This document shows, piece after piece, positions 27,501-38,400 of a stretch of 64,000 nt of DNA (its first letter is position 1; the number at the start of each line of letters is the position of its first letter). The notes beneath the pieces are model-generated. The model was given only the letters and a program-made list of their open reading frames with translations. It was not told the origin of the DNA and did not search any database. The DNA is from Bacteroidales bacterium (lineage in GTDB: Bacteria; Bacteroidota; Bacteroidia; Bacteroidales; UBA12077), in NCBI GenBank assembly GCA_013138975.1, contig WTBR01000043.1, positions 28,941-92,940 of the forward strand. Reading direction: 5' to 3'. The translations under genes were made by a program, and so were the position numbers.

Positions 27501-28979
27501 AAATTCGAAACGAAAATACTGCTAAAAGATTTCTTTGCAAATCCAACGATTTGTAATATTTGTGAGCATATTGAAAATCAGGGTGAAGAGAGTTTTGTGA
27601 AAATTAAAAAAGCAGAAAAGAAAGAATATTATTTAGCTTCTTTCGCCCAGAAAAGAGTGTTTTTTGTACAGTATATGGACGAAAACAGCACTACTTATAA
27701 TATGCCACAGTTTTGCATACTAGAAGGGAATATTGACATAAATAAAATTGAAAATTCTTTTAATGAAATAGTTCGGAGACATGAATGTTTGAGAACTTCT
27801 TTTGTACTTCAAAACGAGGAGCCTGTCCAGATAATTAAAGAAAACTGTACTATTAATGTGCCAGTTATAGAATCAAATGTAGAATCAATAAAAGGAATAG
27901 CTTCTGAATTTATTAAGTATTTTGTATTGTCCGAAGCACCTTTAATCAGGGTTGGCTTAATTAAATTATCACCCGAAAAAGTCGTATTAATGGTTGATAT
28001 GCACCATATTATCTCCGATCTTATTTCGTATGGTATTATAATTGACGAATTCATGAGCTTATATAACGATGATAAGTTGCCGCATCAGGAATTACAGTAT
28101 AAAGATTTTACAGAATGGCAATATGCACAGGCTAAATCAGGAATTTTAGCAGACCAGGAAGCTTTTTGGTTAAATGAATTTAAGGATAATATACCGGATT
28201 TGAATTTACCATATGATTTTGAAAGACCGTCTTATCTTCCTCCGGATGGAAACTTAGTGAAATTCGAGGCAGGAGAAGAAATCTTAAATAAACTTAATTT
28301 ATGGGCAAAAGATAGAAATACAACATTATTTATTAATATAATTTCTATTTATTACATTTTTCTATCGAAAATATGTTGTCAGAATGATTTAGTTATTGGC
28401 ACTCCTTCAGTTGGAAGGCGACATCCCAATCTCTATAAAATCATAGGTAAATTCGTTAATATGTTATCAATACGTTCTTTAGTTGATGAGGATATTTCTT
28501 TTAGCGATTACCTTGACAGGATTAAACTAAAGTTTATGGAAGTATTGGATAATCAGGATTATCAATATGATGAACTAATAGATAAACTAAAATTCAAACT
28601 GGATAATAACAAAAACCCCATTTTTAACGTCGCTTTTTCACTTGTGAATGTAATGTCCGAAGTGTCAAATAAGCTTAACTCGCTGAATAATAAGAATCTT
28701 AAGATTACACAAGAGGAATTGGTAGAATATAAAATGTCAAAATTTGATCTCGTTTTACATGCTAGTATCTATCCGGAAAAAATTAATTTCATGTTTGAAT
28801 ATTCTACCGGTTTGTTTAAAGAAGAAACAGTAATGGGATTTAAAGATGGATTTAAAAACATACTTGAACAAGTAGTCGAAAATGAAGAATTATTAATAAA
28901 AGACATTCATTTAGAAACCGGGTATCATGAATGCACCACTAATTTATATAATTCAGAAGAAGCCGATTTCGATTTTTAA
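24549..28979 (+). CDS. hybrid PKS-NRPS subunit, KS-AT-T-C
   Basis: KS domain: DIAIVGIDLRFPGA, active-site SACSTS (Cys codon 25113-25115), ETHGTGT, KSNIGH. AT domain: FVFTGQGTQY, GYSIGE (Ser codon 26448-26450), CAGHS. T domain: FLELGGDS (Ser codon 27462-27464). C domain: YYLASFAQKRVFFVQ, HHIISDL at 28002-28022. No KR/DH/ER domain is present. It ends ...EADFDF. Confidence 0.9.
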   Translation: MKKIKSVDNTKAQYSDSDIAIVGIDLRFPGATSVSEFWENLVDGKELITFFTDEELIADGEDKNLINKKNYVKTNGSILENKEYFDASFFNFTPLEALLLDPQTRVLMECVYGAVEDAGFSLQDKKNKIGLFVGASSSLYWELLTHIYAKENNIDDFMVMNLAKKDVISTWISHKLNLTGPSVSIQSACSTSLLGIDLACRSLRDGQCKVAIVGGASITKFKKRGYLYQEGMIFSKDGHNRAFDAEASGMVSGEGVAAIVLRKANDAIRDGDDIYGIIKGIGVNNDGNRKVGFYAPSVQGQTEAILLALENSKVLSRDINYVETHGTGTIIGDAIEIEALKKAYNTSEKKYCALGAVKSNIGHLDVSAGLAGLIKTVLVLKNKKIPPILNLTKTNPKLDLDNSPFYINTELEELKDTQSLQKAGVSAFGIGGTNVHVILEEAQTAPTSSTAGKWQMIYLSAKNQNSLEQKRIDFIEYLKNNKEENLADISYTLLKGRDNYRFKLSCVTSSVSETIETLENADPRKVDYKNDAYLNKPIVFVFTGQGTQYINMGKDIYASEKYFRDIMDYCFSKISQYYDINLKDILFAEEDTELIKEKLGSQEILQPVLFILEYSLARLLMHWGIVPTSMIGYSIGEYVAACLSEVMTLDDALMLVCKRGKVMQKAPEGVMISVPLNENDVQAFLNNKISLAAVNGDSCILSGNSEDITQLERTLRAKKILAFRLSITCAGHSPMMENILQDFEKEFDSVELKAPQIPFTSNITGKYILPEQAMSKEYWVSQVSKTTRFYDCIKTAMKNKLPVFIELGPGQEVSALVKRVVSGDESEPEVINLIRHKTRDISDHKYLQIKLLQIFSNNINIEWDKFFEAEKRTKVKLPKYPFNKSKYWLEGDLYKLGLGGSDAKMKVESFQGVDDSNDLNNDQFVNNRINITSDYVEPTNPQEEKMQKLWCDFFGLKRIGIKDNFLELGGDSLKAINLINIIYEKFETKILLKDFFANPTICNICEHIENQGEESFVKIKKAEKKEYYLASFAQKRVFFVQYMDENSTTYNMPQFCILEGNIDINKIENSFNEIVRRHECLRTSFVLQNEEPVQIIKENCTINVPVIESNVESIKGIASEFIKYFVLSEAPLIRVGLIKLSPEKVVLMVDMHHIISDLISYGIIIDEFMSLYNDDKLPHQELQYKDFTEWQYAQAKSGILADQEAFWLNEFKDNIPDLNLPYDFERPSYLPPDGNLVKFEAGEEILNKLNLWAKDRNTTLFINIISIYYIFLSKICCQNDLVIGTPSVGRRHPNLYKIIGKFVNMLSIRSLVDEDISFSDYLDRIKLKFMEVLDNQDYQYDELIDKLKFKLDNNKNPIFNVAFSLVNVMSEVSNKLNSLNNKNLKITQEELVEYKMSKFDLVLHASIYPEKINFMFEYSTGLFKEETVMGFKDGFKNILEQVVENEELLIKDIHLETGYHECTTNLYNSEEADFDF

Positions 28980-28993
28980 TAAGTAAACAGCAG

Positions 28994-29347
28994 AGCGGTT
29001 GTACGACTTTACCTACAAAGTTGAGATCAAACTATATATTATTTGCTGATTTAAAAAAGAAAGTCGTACCACCGCTTGTGGAAGTGCAAGTAAAAATAGC
29101 GGTTGAACGACTCACTAAAAAAGTTGAGATCAAATTATAAATTATTTACAGATTTTTAAAGAAAAGTCGTACCACCGCTTGTGTAAAATTAGCAAGATCT
29201 AACAGGTAGCAGTGATACGGATAGTTAAGTAATAGCGGTTGTACGATTTACTTACAAAGTTGAGAACAAACTATAAATTATTTGCTGATTTAAAAAGATA
29301 GTCGTACCACCGCTTGCAACAGTTTGCGAAGTCGTACCACCGCTTGT
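28994..29347 (+). repeat. repeat family B array: three ~85-bp long-hairpin units plus a solo right arm
   Basis: The units lie at 28994-29079, 29098-29182 and 29234-29316. Each has the form AGCGGTTGTACGAC - ~55 nt AT-rich loop - GTCGTACCACCGCT, a 14-bp stem with one mismatch. An extra GTCGTACCACCGCTTGT sits at 29331-29347. The array ends ~70 nt upstream of the 29415 start codon. Confidence 0.85.
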
Positions 29348-29414
29348 AGGAGCGCTAGTTAACTGATAAATAGCTGATTTCATTAGCTCAAAAAGAAATA
29401 AATAAGAATAAATA

Positions 29415-32400
29415 ATGACGAATTTATCTAAGGAAAATACCACTTTAAATAAAAAAAGAGAAGAAAATAATTATTGGAAGACTCTTTTGTCTGGTATTAC
29501 ATTACCAACATATATACCTGTAGATTCTACTGTAATTAGGGGTGAGGGTGACTATAAGGAATTTAGCATTAATTTAGATGATGAAAGTTCTTCCTTTATT
29601 CTTAAAATCAGTAACAATTCAAACGTTCGTTTGCATATAATTCTTGTTTCGCTTGTAAAAGTATTGTTATATAAATACAGAACCCAATCCGAATTATTAA
29701 GTATAACAACAATCGATAAGCAGGTATCAGACAAAAAAATATTAAATCACATCTTACCATTTAAAACTTTTGTAGCCAAAGACCAATCTTTTAAAGAAGT
29801 TATTTTAGCTGTTAAAGAATCGTTGAAACAAGCATCCGATAACCAGAATTATCCAATTGAAAAGTTGGCAAAATCTATCGAACGACAACTTCAGTTCGAG
29901 AAACCCTACGGCTTATTTAACATAGCTATTCTTTTAGATGGCATGCATGATGAAAAATATTTAGAAGGAATTGATTGTCATTTGCTTTTTAAATTCCGAA
30001 AAATAAACGATAAGATCAATTTAGTTATTAAATATAAGGATGAATTATATACAAAGAATAAGATAGAACGAGTAGCCGGTCATCTGAAAAACATAGCCAA
30101 TTCCATAAGTAACAATATAGAATTACAAGTTAATTCAATCAACTATCTTTCAGAAAATGAAAGCAAAAACTTATTAGAAGGTTTAAATGAAAACATAGAA
30201 CAACCAATTCCGGAATCGATTTACCAAGTTATAAAAGAAAACGCAAAGAAATATGCCCATAAAGTAGCTCTTGTATATAAAGATGAACACATTACATATC
30301 AGGTATTAGACAAAAAGGCTAACAGCATAGCAAAAATATTGAAAATAAAAGGCGTAGTCCAAAATTCAATAGTAGGAGTGCTTGGGAATCGCTCTATGAA
30401 TACCATGTTAAATATCCTCGGAACACTAAAAGCTGGAGGAACCTATTTGCCTATTGATCCTGAATATCCTTTAGATCGAATAAAATTTATGATCGAGGAT
30501 GCAAACATTAAGTATTTATTAGTGGATCCTGAGGTGTATAGTAAGATTGAGATATCTGGTTTATTTGAAGAATTGGAAGATTCCACGGAATTAATACATA
30601 CTCAATGCAGGAGTCAAATTGAGGATTTTAATTCATTACCATTTCCCGATAGGTCGAAAGTGGACTATGACAAGTATAATAAACACATTGGTCAGGCCAT
30701 GGTAAAGAATAGTATTGCTATTCAAGCTACCCGTGGTTGTCCATATGCATGTGCATATTGTCATAAAATTTGGCCAAAGAAACATGTTTGGAGAAGTTCA
30801 GATAATATTTTCGAAGAAATACAGATGTATTACAATCAAGGAATAAAACGATTTGTTTTCATCGACGATATTTTCAATCTGAAAAAGAACAATAGCAAAG
30901 ATTTATTTAAAAAAATTATTGATAAGGGATTAAAAATTCAACTATTCTTTCCTAATGGCTTGCGAGGCGATATTTTAAATGAAGAGCTGATTGACCTTAT
31001 GGTTGAAGCAGGGATGGTTAATGTAGCCCTTGCATTGGAAACAGCATCTCCACGATTACAAAAGCTCATAGGAAAAAACTTGAACCTCGACAAACTAAGA
31101 ACCAACATCAACTATATCTGTGAAAAACACCCACATGTAGTTCTTGAATTGTTTACCATGCATGGCTTCCCAACCGAAACAGAAGAAGAAGCGAATAGCA
31201 CACTCGAATTTATTAAAAGTATTAAATGGCTTCATTTTCCATATGTTCATATCCTGAAAATATATCCTAATACCGATATGTCCAAATTGGCTATTGAAAA
31301 TGGAATATCTTCACTCGATATTGACAATTCGGCAAATTTATCCTATCACGAACTCCCGACCACTTTACCTTTTGAAAAGTCTTTTACTTTAAAATATCAA
31401 TCGGATTTTTTCAATAATTATTTCTTATCAAAAGAACGTTTGATAAAGGTTTTACCGCATCAAATGAAAGTTTTAACCGAGGACGAAATAGTTCAGAAAT
31501 ACAATAGTTATTTACCCGTTAACATAACTAATATTGAAGAATTGCTGGAATTCTTAAAAATTAGTAAAGAAGAACTGGGGGCATTCGAATTTGTTCAGGA
31601 AGATGAGTTTCATGTAAAAGATTTAAATAAAAAACTACAAGCTTGTTTTAAAAAAGATTACGAAGTAGAAAAAAATGCCTTCAAAATCCTTTTACTTGAC
31701 CTGTCACAGAATTTAACTTCCGATGAAGAGATGCTTTACGATGTAGTTGAGCCCCCTTTAGGCTTGATGTACCTCGCCGCATATGTAGAAGGCAAATTCA
31801 GGCAGGATGTTGATGTGCGAGTTTTAAAATCAAAAATTGATTTCGACAACTTTAGCGCTTTAAAGAATATATTAGATGATTTCAAGCCCGACGTAATCGG
31901 AGTCAGGACATTATCCTATTATAAAGAATTTTTTCATGAGACCATATCTAATATTCGTTTATGGAATCCATCGATCCCGATATTAGCTGGTGGGCCTTAT
32001 CCATCGAGCGACTATATGTCAACCCTGAAAGATGGCAACATAGATTTAGTAATTCAAGGAGAAGGAGAATTTACGTTTGGCGAAATTGTCGAATGCATGA
32101 TGAAGAATGATAATAAGTTGCCCGATGAGGAGCAGCTTAAAACCATAGATGGAATCCATTTCATGAAAAAGTCGGTGCTTAAACGTCAGATTATATCCAC
32201 CGATTTTAAGAACATAAACTCTGAACCGGAAGAATTAGCACATATCAATAAACCAGACGATGGCGCATACATTATATATACTTCAGGCACAACCGGTAGG
32301 CCAAAAGGAGTTATGGTATCCCATGAAAATGTTTTAAGCCTGTTAATAAATAACAATCATTTATTTGATTTCAATAAAGAAGATATTTGGTCAGTATTTC

Positions 32401-35400
32401 ATTCCTTATGCTTTGATTTTTCGGTTTGGGAAATATTTGGCAGCTTGTTTTTTGGAGGCAAAGCCATATTAATACCAACCGACATAACAAAAGATCCCGA
32501 TTGTTTCAGGGATGTATTACAAAAAGAAAAGGTTACAATATTAAATCAAACCCCATCATCCTTTTATAATGTTATTAATAAAGAACTTCAAAGCGAAAAT
32601 AAATCATTAAAGTTACGAAGCATCATATTTGGAGGCGAAGCATTGAATCCTTCGAAGTTATCCAAATGGAGAAATTCATACCCCAATGTGAAACTTGTAA
32701 ACATGTTTGGGATTACCGAAACAACAGTACATGTAACGTATAAAGAAATTACCCAAAAAGAAATTGAAGAAGGAATAAGCAATATAGGCAAATCGCTGCC
32801 AACCTCATTAACACTGGTTTTGAATGAAAATATGGAGCTGTTACCAATAGGTATGCCTGGAGAGTTATATGTTGGCGGAAGCGGAGTTTCTTTGGGCTAT
32901 TTAAACAGGACTGAATTGAATTTCGATAAATTTATAAATAAGAATAATGATTATAAAACACAAGTCTATAAAACAGGGGATAAAGTAGTATTAAATGAAA
33001 AATACGAATTAGAATATATAGGTCGAATAGATGAGCAGATTCAACTTCGTGGTTTTAGGATTGAATTAAAGGAAATTGAATCTGAGATGAATAATCATGA
33101 CAAAATTGATAATGCTTATGTTGAACTATTTGAAAAAGACGAAGAAAAATACCTGAGTGCCTATTATGTTTCTAATGAGGAACTAGAAAATGCTGAAATA
33201 AGAAAATTCTTGCAAAAGAGATTGCCTTATTACATGTTACCATCATATTACATAAGAATTGACAATATTCCTTTAACAATTAATGGTAAAATCGATAAGA
33301 AATTATTGCCTAAACCCAGTGTTTTAAACTGCTTGTTCGAAGTTGTTGCTCCTGAAAATGAACTTCAGGTTCATCTGGTCGAAATCTGGAAGAAAGTTTT
33401 ACAGGTAAATAACATAGGAATCGAGGATAGTTTCTTTAATCTCGGGGGCGACTCGATAAAAGGAATAAGGCTTGTAAATGCAATAAATGAAAACTTGGAC
33501 ACCAGGCTTAGAGTAGCCGATCTGTTTAAGAACGATACCATTAGGACACTGAGTTTGATCGTAAAAAATAAAGAAGCAGATCAAGAAAACAATAAAGAAA
33601 CACAGCTTCTAAAAGATTTTGAACAAATAAAAGAAAGCGCCTTTCAAAAAAATATATACAATCAACACGAAATTGAGGATCTCTACCCAATGAGTGATAT
33701 TCAGCGAGGAATGGTTTATCATGCTATAAAAAGTGCTGATAAAGCTGTATACCACGATCAAATGATTCATCAAATAAAGATACCTGATTTCAAACAAAAT
33801 ACATTAAAGGATGCGTTGAAATTAATGAGTCAGAAACACTCCATTTTAAGGGCATCATTTAACATGGAAAATTTTGAAGAATCCAGTATTGTAATTTTCA
33901 AGGAAATAGAAATCGACTATCAGCATGAGGATATCTCCGAAATGCCAAAAGACAGTAAAGTAGAATTCCTGGGTAAATACCTCGAAGACGATAAGAAAAA
34001 GATTCTAAGAACCGACCAAAAAGGCTTATGGAGGTTGAGAACATTTCAGGTAGATGAGAATGAGATTTTCGTTTTATTCGTTTGCCACCATGCCATAATT
34101 GATGGATGGAGTGATGCCTCATTTATTACAGAATTGCATAATTTGTATTTTAAACTTCTTGAAGACATAAATTATGTTCCTGTAAAACTGAAATCGACCT
34201 ATAAAGATTATGTAATTGATCAAACCATTGAAAGAAGCAATAATGAAAATATTAATTTCTGGAAAACAGAACTTTCCGGAGTAAAGAAATACGATGATAG
34301 GTATTTTTTAAATAAGCCACAGATAACTAAAAATGAGTTTAAATTTAGTATAAACGAGCTGGATAGCGATTTAGTAAGTAAGATAAATAAAAAAGGGAAA
34401 GATCTAAATATCAGCCTTAAATCCATTTATCTTACAGCCTTTAGTTTTGCACTAAACATGTTCTCTTTTGAACCTGATTTTGTATTTGGATTAGTTTCAA
34501 ACTCTCGAATCGCAAAACCCGATGGAGATAAAATCCTTGGATGTTTCTTGAACACCTTGCCACTAAAGATAAAATTCTCCTTAGAACAGGAAAATCAGGA
34601 CTTAATGACTTACTTTAATACTAAATTAAATGACCTGAAAAAATACGATTCAATTTCATTGTTCGAGATACTAAAATTTGCAGATCATGAAGGAGCTGAA
34701 AACGCTTTATTCGATATAATATTTAATTATGTCGATTTTCATATCCTTAATCAAATTGATTATACACAGGAACAAAAATCAGGAATTCCTTACCTGGTAT
34801 CCAAACTAACAGGTAATGCACGGGCAGATACCCCATTAAATTTCACGCTCGATACAACAAAAGAAAGTGTTAAGTTTTATTCCTCCTTCGATTCCTCGAA
34901 ATACAGCGAAGAAAAAGTAAAACAAATCCATATTTATTTAGTACGTGCCCTGGAAATACTTTCAGGAGATGATTCTGCCAGCTTATCAAAATCGCAGTTA
35001 ATAGATAAAAACGAGAAACAAGAAATACTAAATACATTAAACAATACCGATACATCATATCCTAAGGATAAAACGATACATCAATTATTCGAAGAGCAGG
35101 CAGAACGAAGCCCTGATAATATAGCTTTGGTATTAGGTTCAGAGTCAATCACATATTCAGAGTTAAATAAGAAATCGAACCAACTGGCACAATATCTGAT
35201 ACATAACGGAGCCTTAGAGAGTGATTTTATAGGGATAATAAACGAACCTGCTATAGAAGTTTACATAAGTATTTTAGCTATATTGAAAACCGGAAAGGCT
35301 TATTTGCCAATAGATAACTCCTTGCCAGATTCGCGAATACAATTCATGTTAAACGATTGTGGGGTGAAAATACTTTTAGCATCGAACCTTAAAACACAAT

Positions 35401-38400
35401 ATCTTGATAATGATAAAAATCCGATTGTTCCAATAAATATTTTTGAAACACTTATAGGAGGTTCAAGTAACTTGAACTTAAAAACCTCTTCGACTAGCCC
35501 TGCATATGTAATTTATACATCCGGCTCAACGGGGAAACCCAAAGGAGTTTTAATTGAGCACAAGTCTTTAGTAAACTTATCTTTTAATCATAATAAATTC
35601 TATGGAATTAAATCCGACGATCGTTTAAGCAAATTTGCTGGCTTTGGTTTCGATGCTTCCGTTTGGGAAATTTTTCCAAGTTTTATTGCTGGTTCATCCT
35701 TATATATTATTGATGAAAATATAAAACCCGATCCGGGGAAAGTAAATAAATATTTCGAGAAGAATAACATAACAGTAAGTTTCTTACCAACACAGTTTTG
35801 TGAGAAATTTATGGAATACGATAATAAATCACTGAAAATATTATTGACAGGAGGAGATAAGCTAAATTATTTTAAGAAAAGAGATTATAAATTATATAAT
35901 AATTATGGCCCTACCGAAAATACTGTTGTTACAAGCAGATTTGAAGTACAGAATTTGGAAAATAATATTCCAATAGGTAAACCAATAGAAAATATTCAAG
36001 TTTATATTTTAGATCGATATTCTCAGGTTCAAGCATTTGGGGTTCCGGGCGAGCTATGTATTTCAGGAATTGGATTAGCGAAAGGATATATTGGGAATGA
36101 TGAATTAAGCGCTGAAAAATTTACTAAGCACCCATTTAATAAAGGAGAACGAATATACCGAACCGGAGATTTAGCATGTTGCTTGCCCGATGGTAATATT
36201 GAGTTTTTAGGTAGGATTGATCAACAGGTAAAGATCCGGGGTTTTAGGATTGAGTTGGGAGAGATTGAGTCGGTTTTGCTTAAACATGAGTATGTTCAAG
36301 AAAGTGTTGTATTAACTAGAGAAGAAACCGGCGATAAACATCTGTGTGCTTACATAGTTTGCAAGGAAGGTTATATTCAGGAAAATCTTCGACAATACTT
36401 ATCAACTTTACTTCCGGATTATATGGTTCCGGCTTATTTTGTGGACTTGGAAGCGCTGCCGATAAGTCCAAGCGGAAAAGTAAACCGCAAAGCTCTACAG
36501 GCTCTTGAGATCGAGGCAGGTGCAGATTATATAGCACCATCGAATGCGATAGAAGAAAAGTTGCTTGATATTTGGTCAGAAATTTTAAATACCCCGGTCG
36601 AAAAAATAAGTGTAATGGCTAATTTTTTCTTAATAGGAGGCCATTCACTCAAAGCTACCGTGTTAGCAAGTTATATACATAAAGAAATAGGGGTTGAATT
36701 TCCTTTAGAAGATATATTTTTACATACAAGCATTAGAGCTCAAGCATGTCAAATAAGAATAAGTAAAAAGACAGAGTTTGTGTCCATACCAAAAACAGAG
36801 GAACAATCAAATTACCCGGTATCTCCTGCACAGAAGCGATTGTATTTTCTACAACAGTTTGATTTGGAGTCAATAGCCTATAATATGCCCAATGTGTTTT
36901 CATTGGGAAAAGAGGCCGATAAAAGAAAAATAGAAGAAGTATTCAAACAACTGATAGATCGTCATGAGAGTTTTCGCACAAGTATTATTGTTGTTGATGG
37001 TGAGCCTGTTCAGTTTATAAGTAAGGAAGTTGAGTTTGAGCTCGAAGAACTGAGTATAACAAACAATGAAGTTGAAAACACACGAAATAAATTCATAAAG
37101 CCTTTTGATTTATCTAACGCACCTTATTTACGAGTGGCCTTAGTAAATATTAAGGGAGAAGATAGCTTGTTAATGATAGATATGCACCATATTATAAGTG
37201 ATGGAACCTCACATATAATCTTAGAGAAAGAATTTCAGACTTTATATTCAGAAAAAGAATTGACTCCATTAAAGTTGCAATACAAGGATTATAGTCAGTG
37301 GCAAAATAGTAACGAGCAGCAAGAGTTTATAAAAGATCAGGAACAATATTGGCTTACTAAATTTGAAGGAGAGATACCGGTATTGAGTCTTCCAATGGAT
37401 TATGTCCGGCCTTTAATGCAAAGTCAAGAAGGAGCAACCGTAAATTTTATCCTGAGCAAAGAAGAAACAGAAGGGATAAGATTATTCAGCAAAGAAAATG
37501 ATCTTACTTTATATATGTCCTTGTTATCTGTATTTAGTATTCTATTATCGAAGCTAAGTGGACAAGATGATATAGTAGTAGGAACACCAATAGCCAGTAG
37601 AAATCATGCAGATTTGGAGAATATAGTAGGCATGTTTGTGAATACACTATCTATACGTAATGCAGTAAAAGGAGAAGAAACTATACGAGATTTCGTATCA
37701 AGCTTAAAGCAAACAGTTCTTGGAGCATACGAAAATCAGAATTACCAATTCGAAGATTTAGTAGGCAAGATTTCAGTAGAGCGAGATACCGGCCGCAATC
37801 CTATTTTCGATGTAATGTTTAATTTGTTGAATCAAGCTGAGTATAATGGATCAATAAATGAAGATATTGATAATAGTCATAAGAAGGGAACATCAAAATT
37901 CGATTTAAATTTAACAGCAATTGAATTTGAAAATAATATATCTTTAAGTATAGAATACAGTACAAGATTATTTAAAGAAGAGACATTAGATCGATTTATA
38001 AACTATTTTAAACAGATAGTAGCTCAATTAACAAGAAAGTCAGAATTAAAAATCTCGGCAATTGATATTCTTACAGAAGATGAGAAACATCAGGTGTTGT
38101 ATGAGTTTAACAATACAAAAGCAGATTATCCAACAGATAAGACAATTCATCAGCTTTTTGAAGATCAGGTAGAGAAAACACCCGAGAATATTGCGTTATC
38201 CTTAAATGGAGAAACCGTCAAATATTCGGAGCTCAATGCCAAAGTAAATCAATTGGCATGGAAACTAAGAGAGCAAGGGGTGAAAAATGATTCAGTGGTA
38301 GGTTTGTTTGTTGAACGTTCCATAGAGATGGTGGTAGGAATTTTGGGGATATTAAAATCAGGTGGAGCTTATTTACCCATAGATACAGAGTATCCTAAGG

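Noticed and set aside
28994-29347. Family-B repeat arrays as CRISPR arrays (also 49004-49264).
   Set aside because: The repeats are ~85 bp long hairpins, not 24-48 bp. The spacers between them are themselves conserved between units and loci. There are only 2-3 units, and no cas genes are present.
29252-29443. 63-aa minus-strand ORF across the family-B array.
   Set aside because: It is a translation of repeat DNA (the repeated GGTTSQTVASGGTT reflects the repeat arms). It overlaps the start of the 29415 gene and has no support as a gene.
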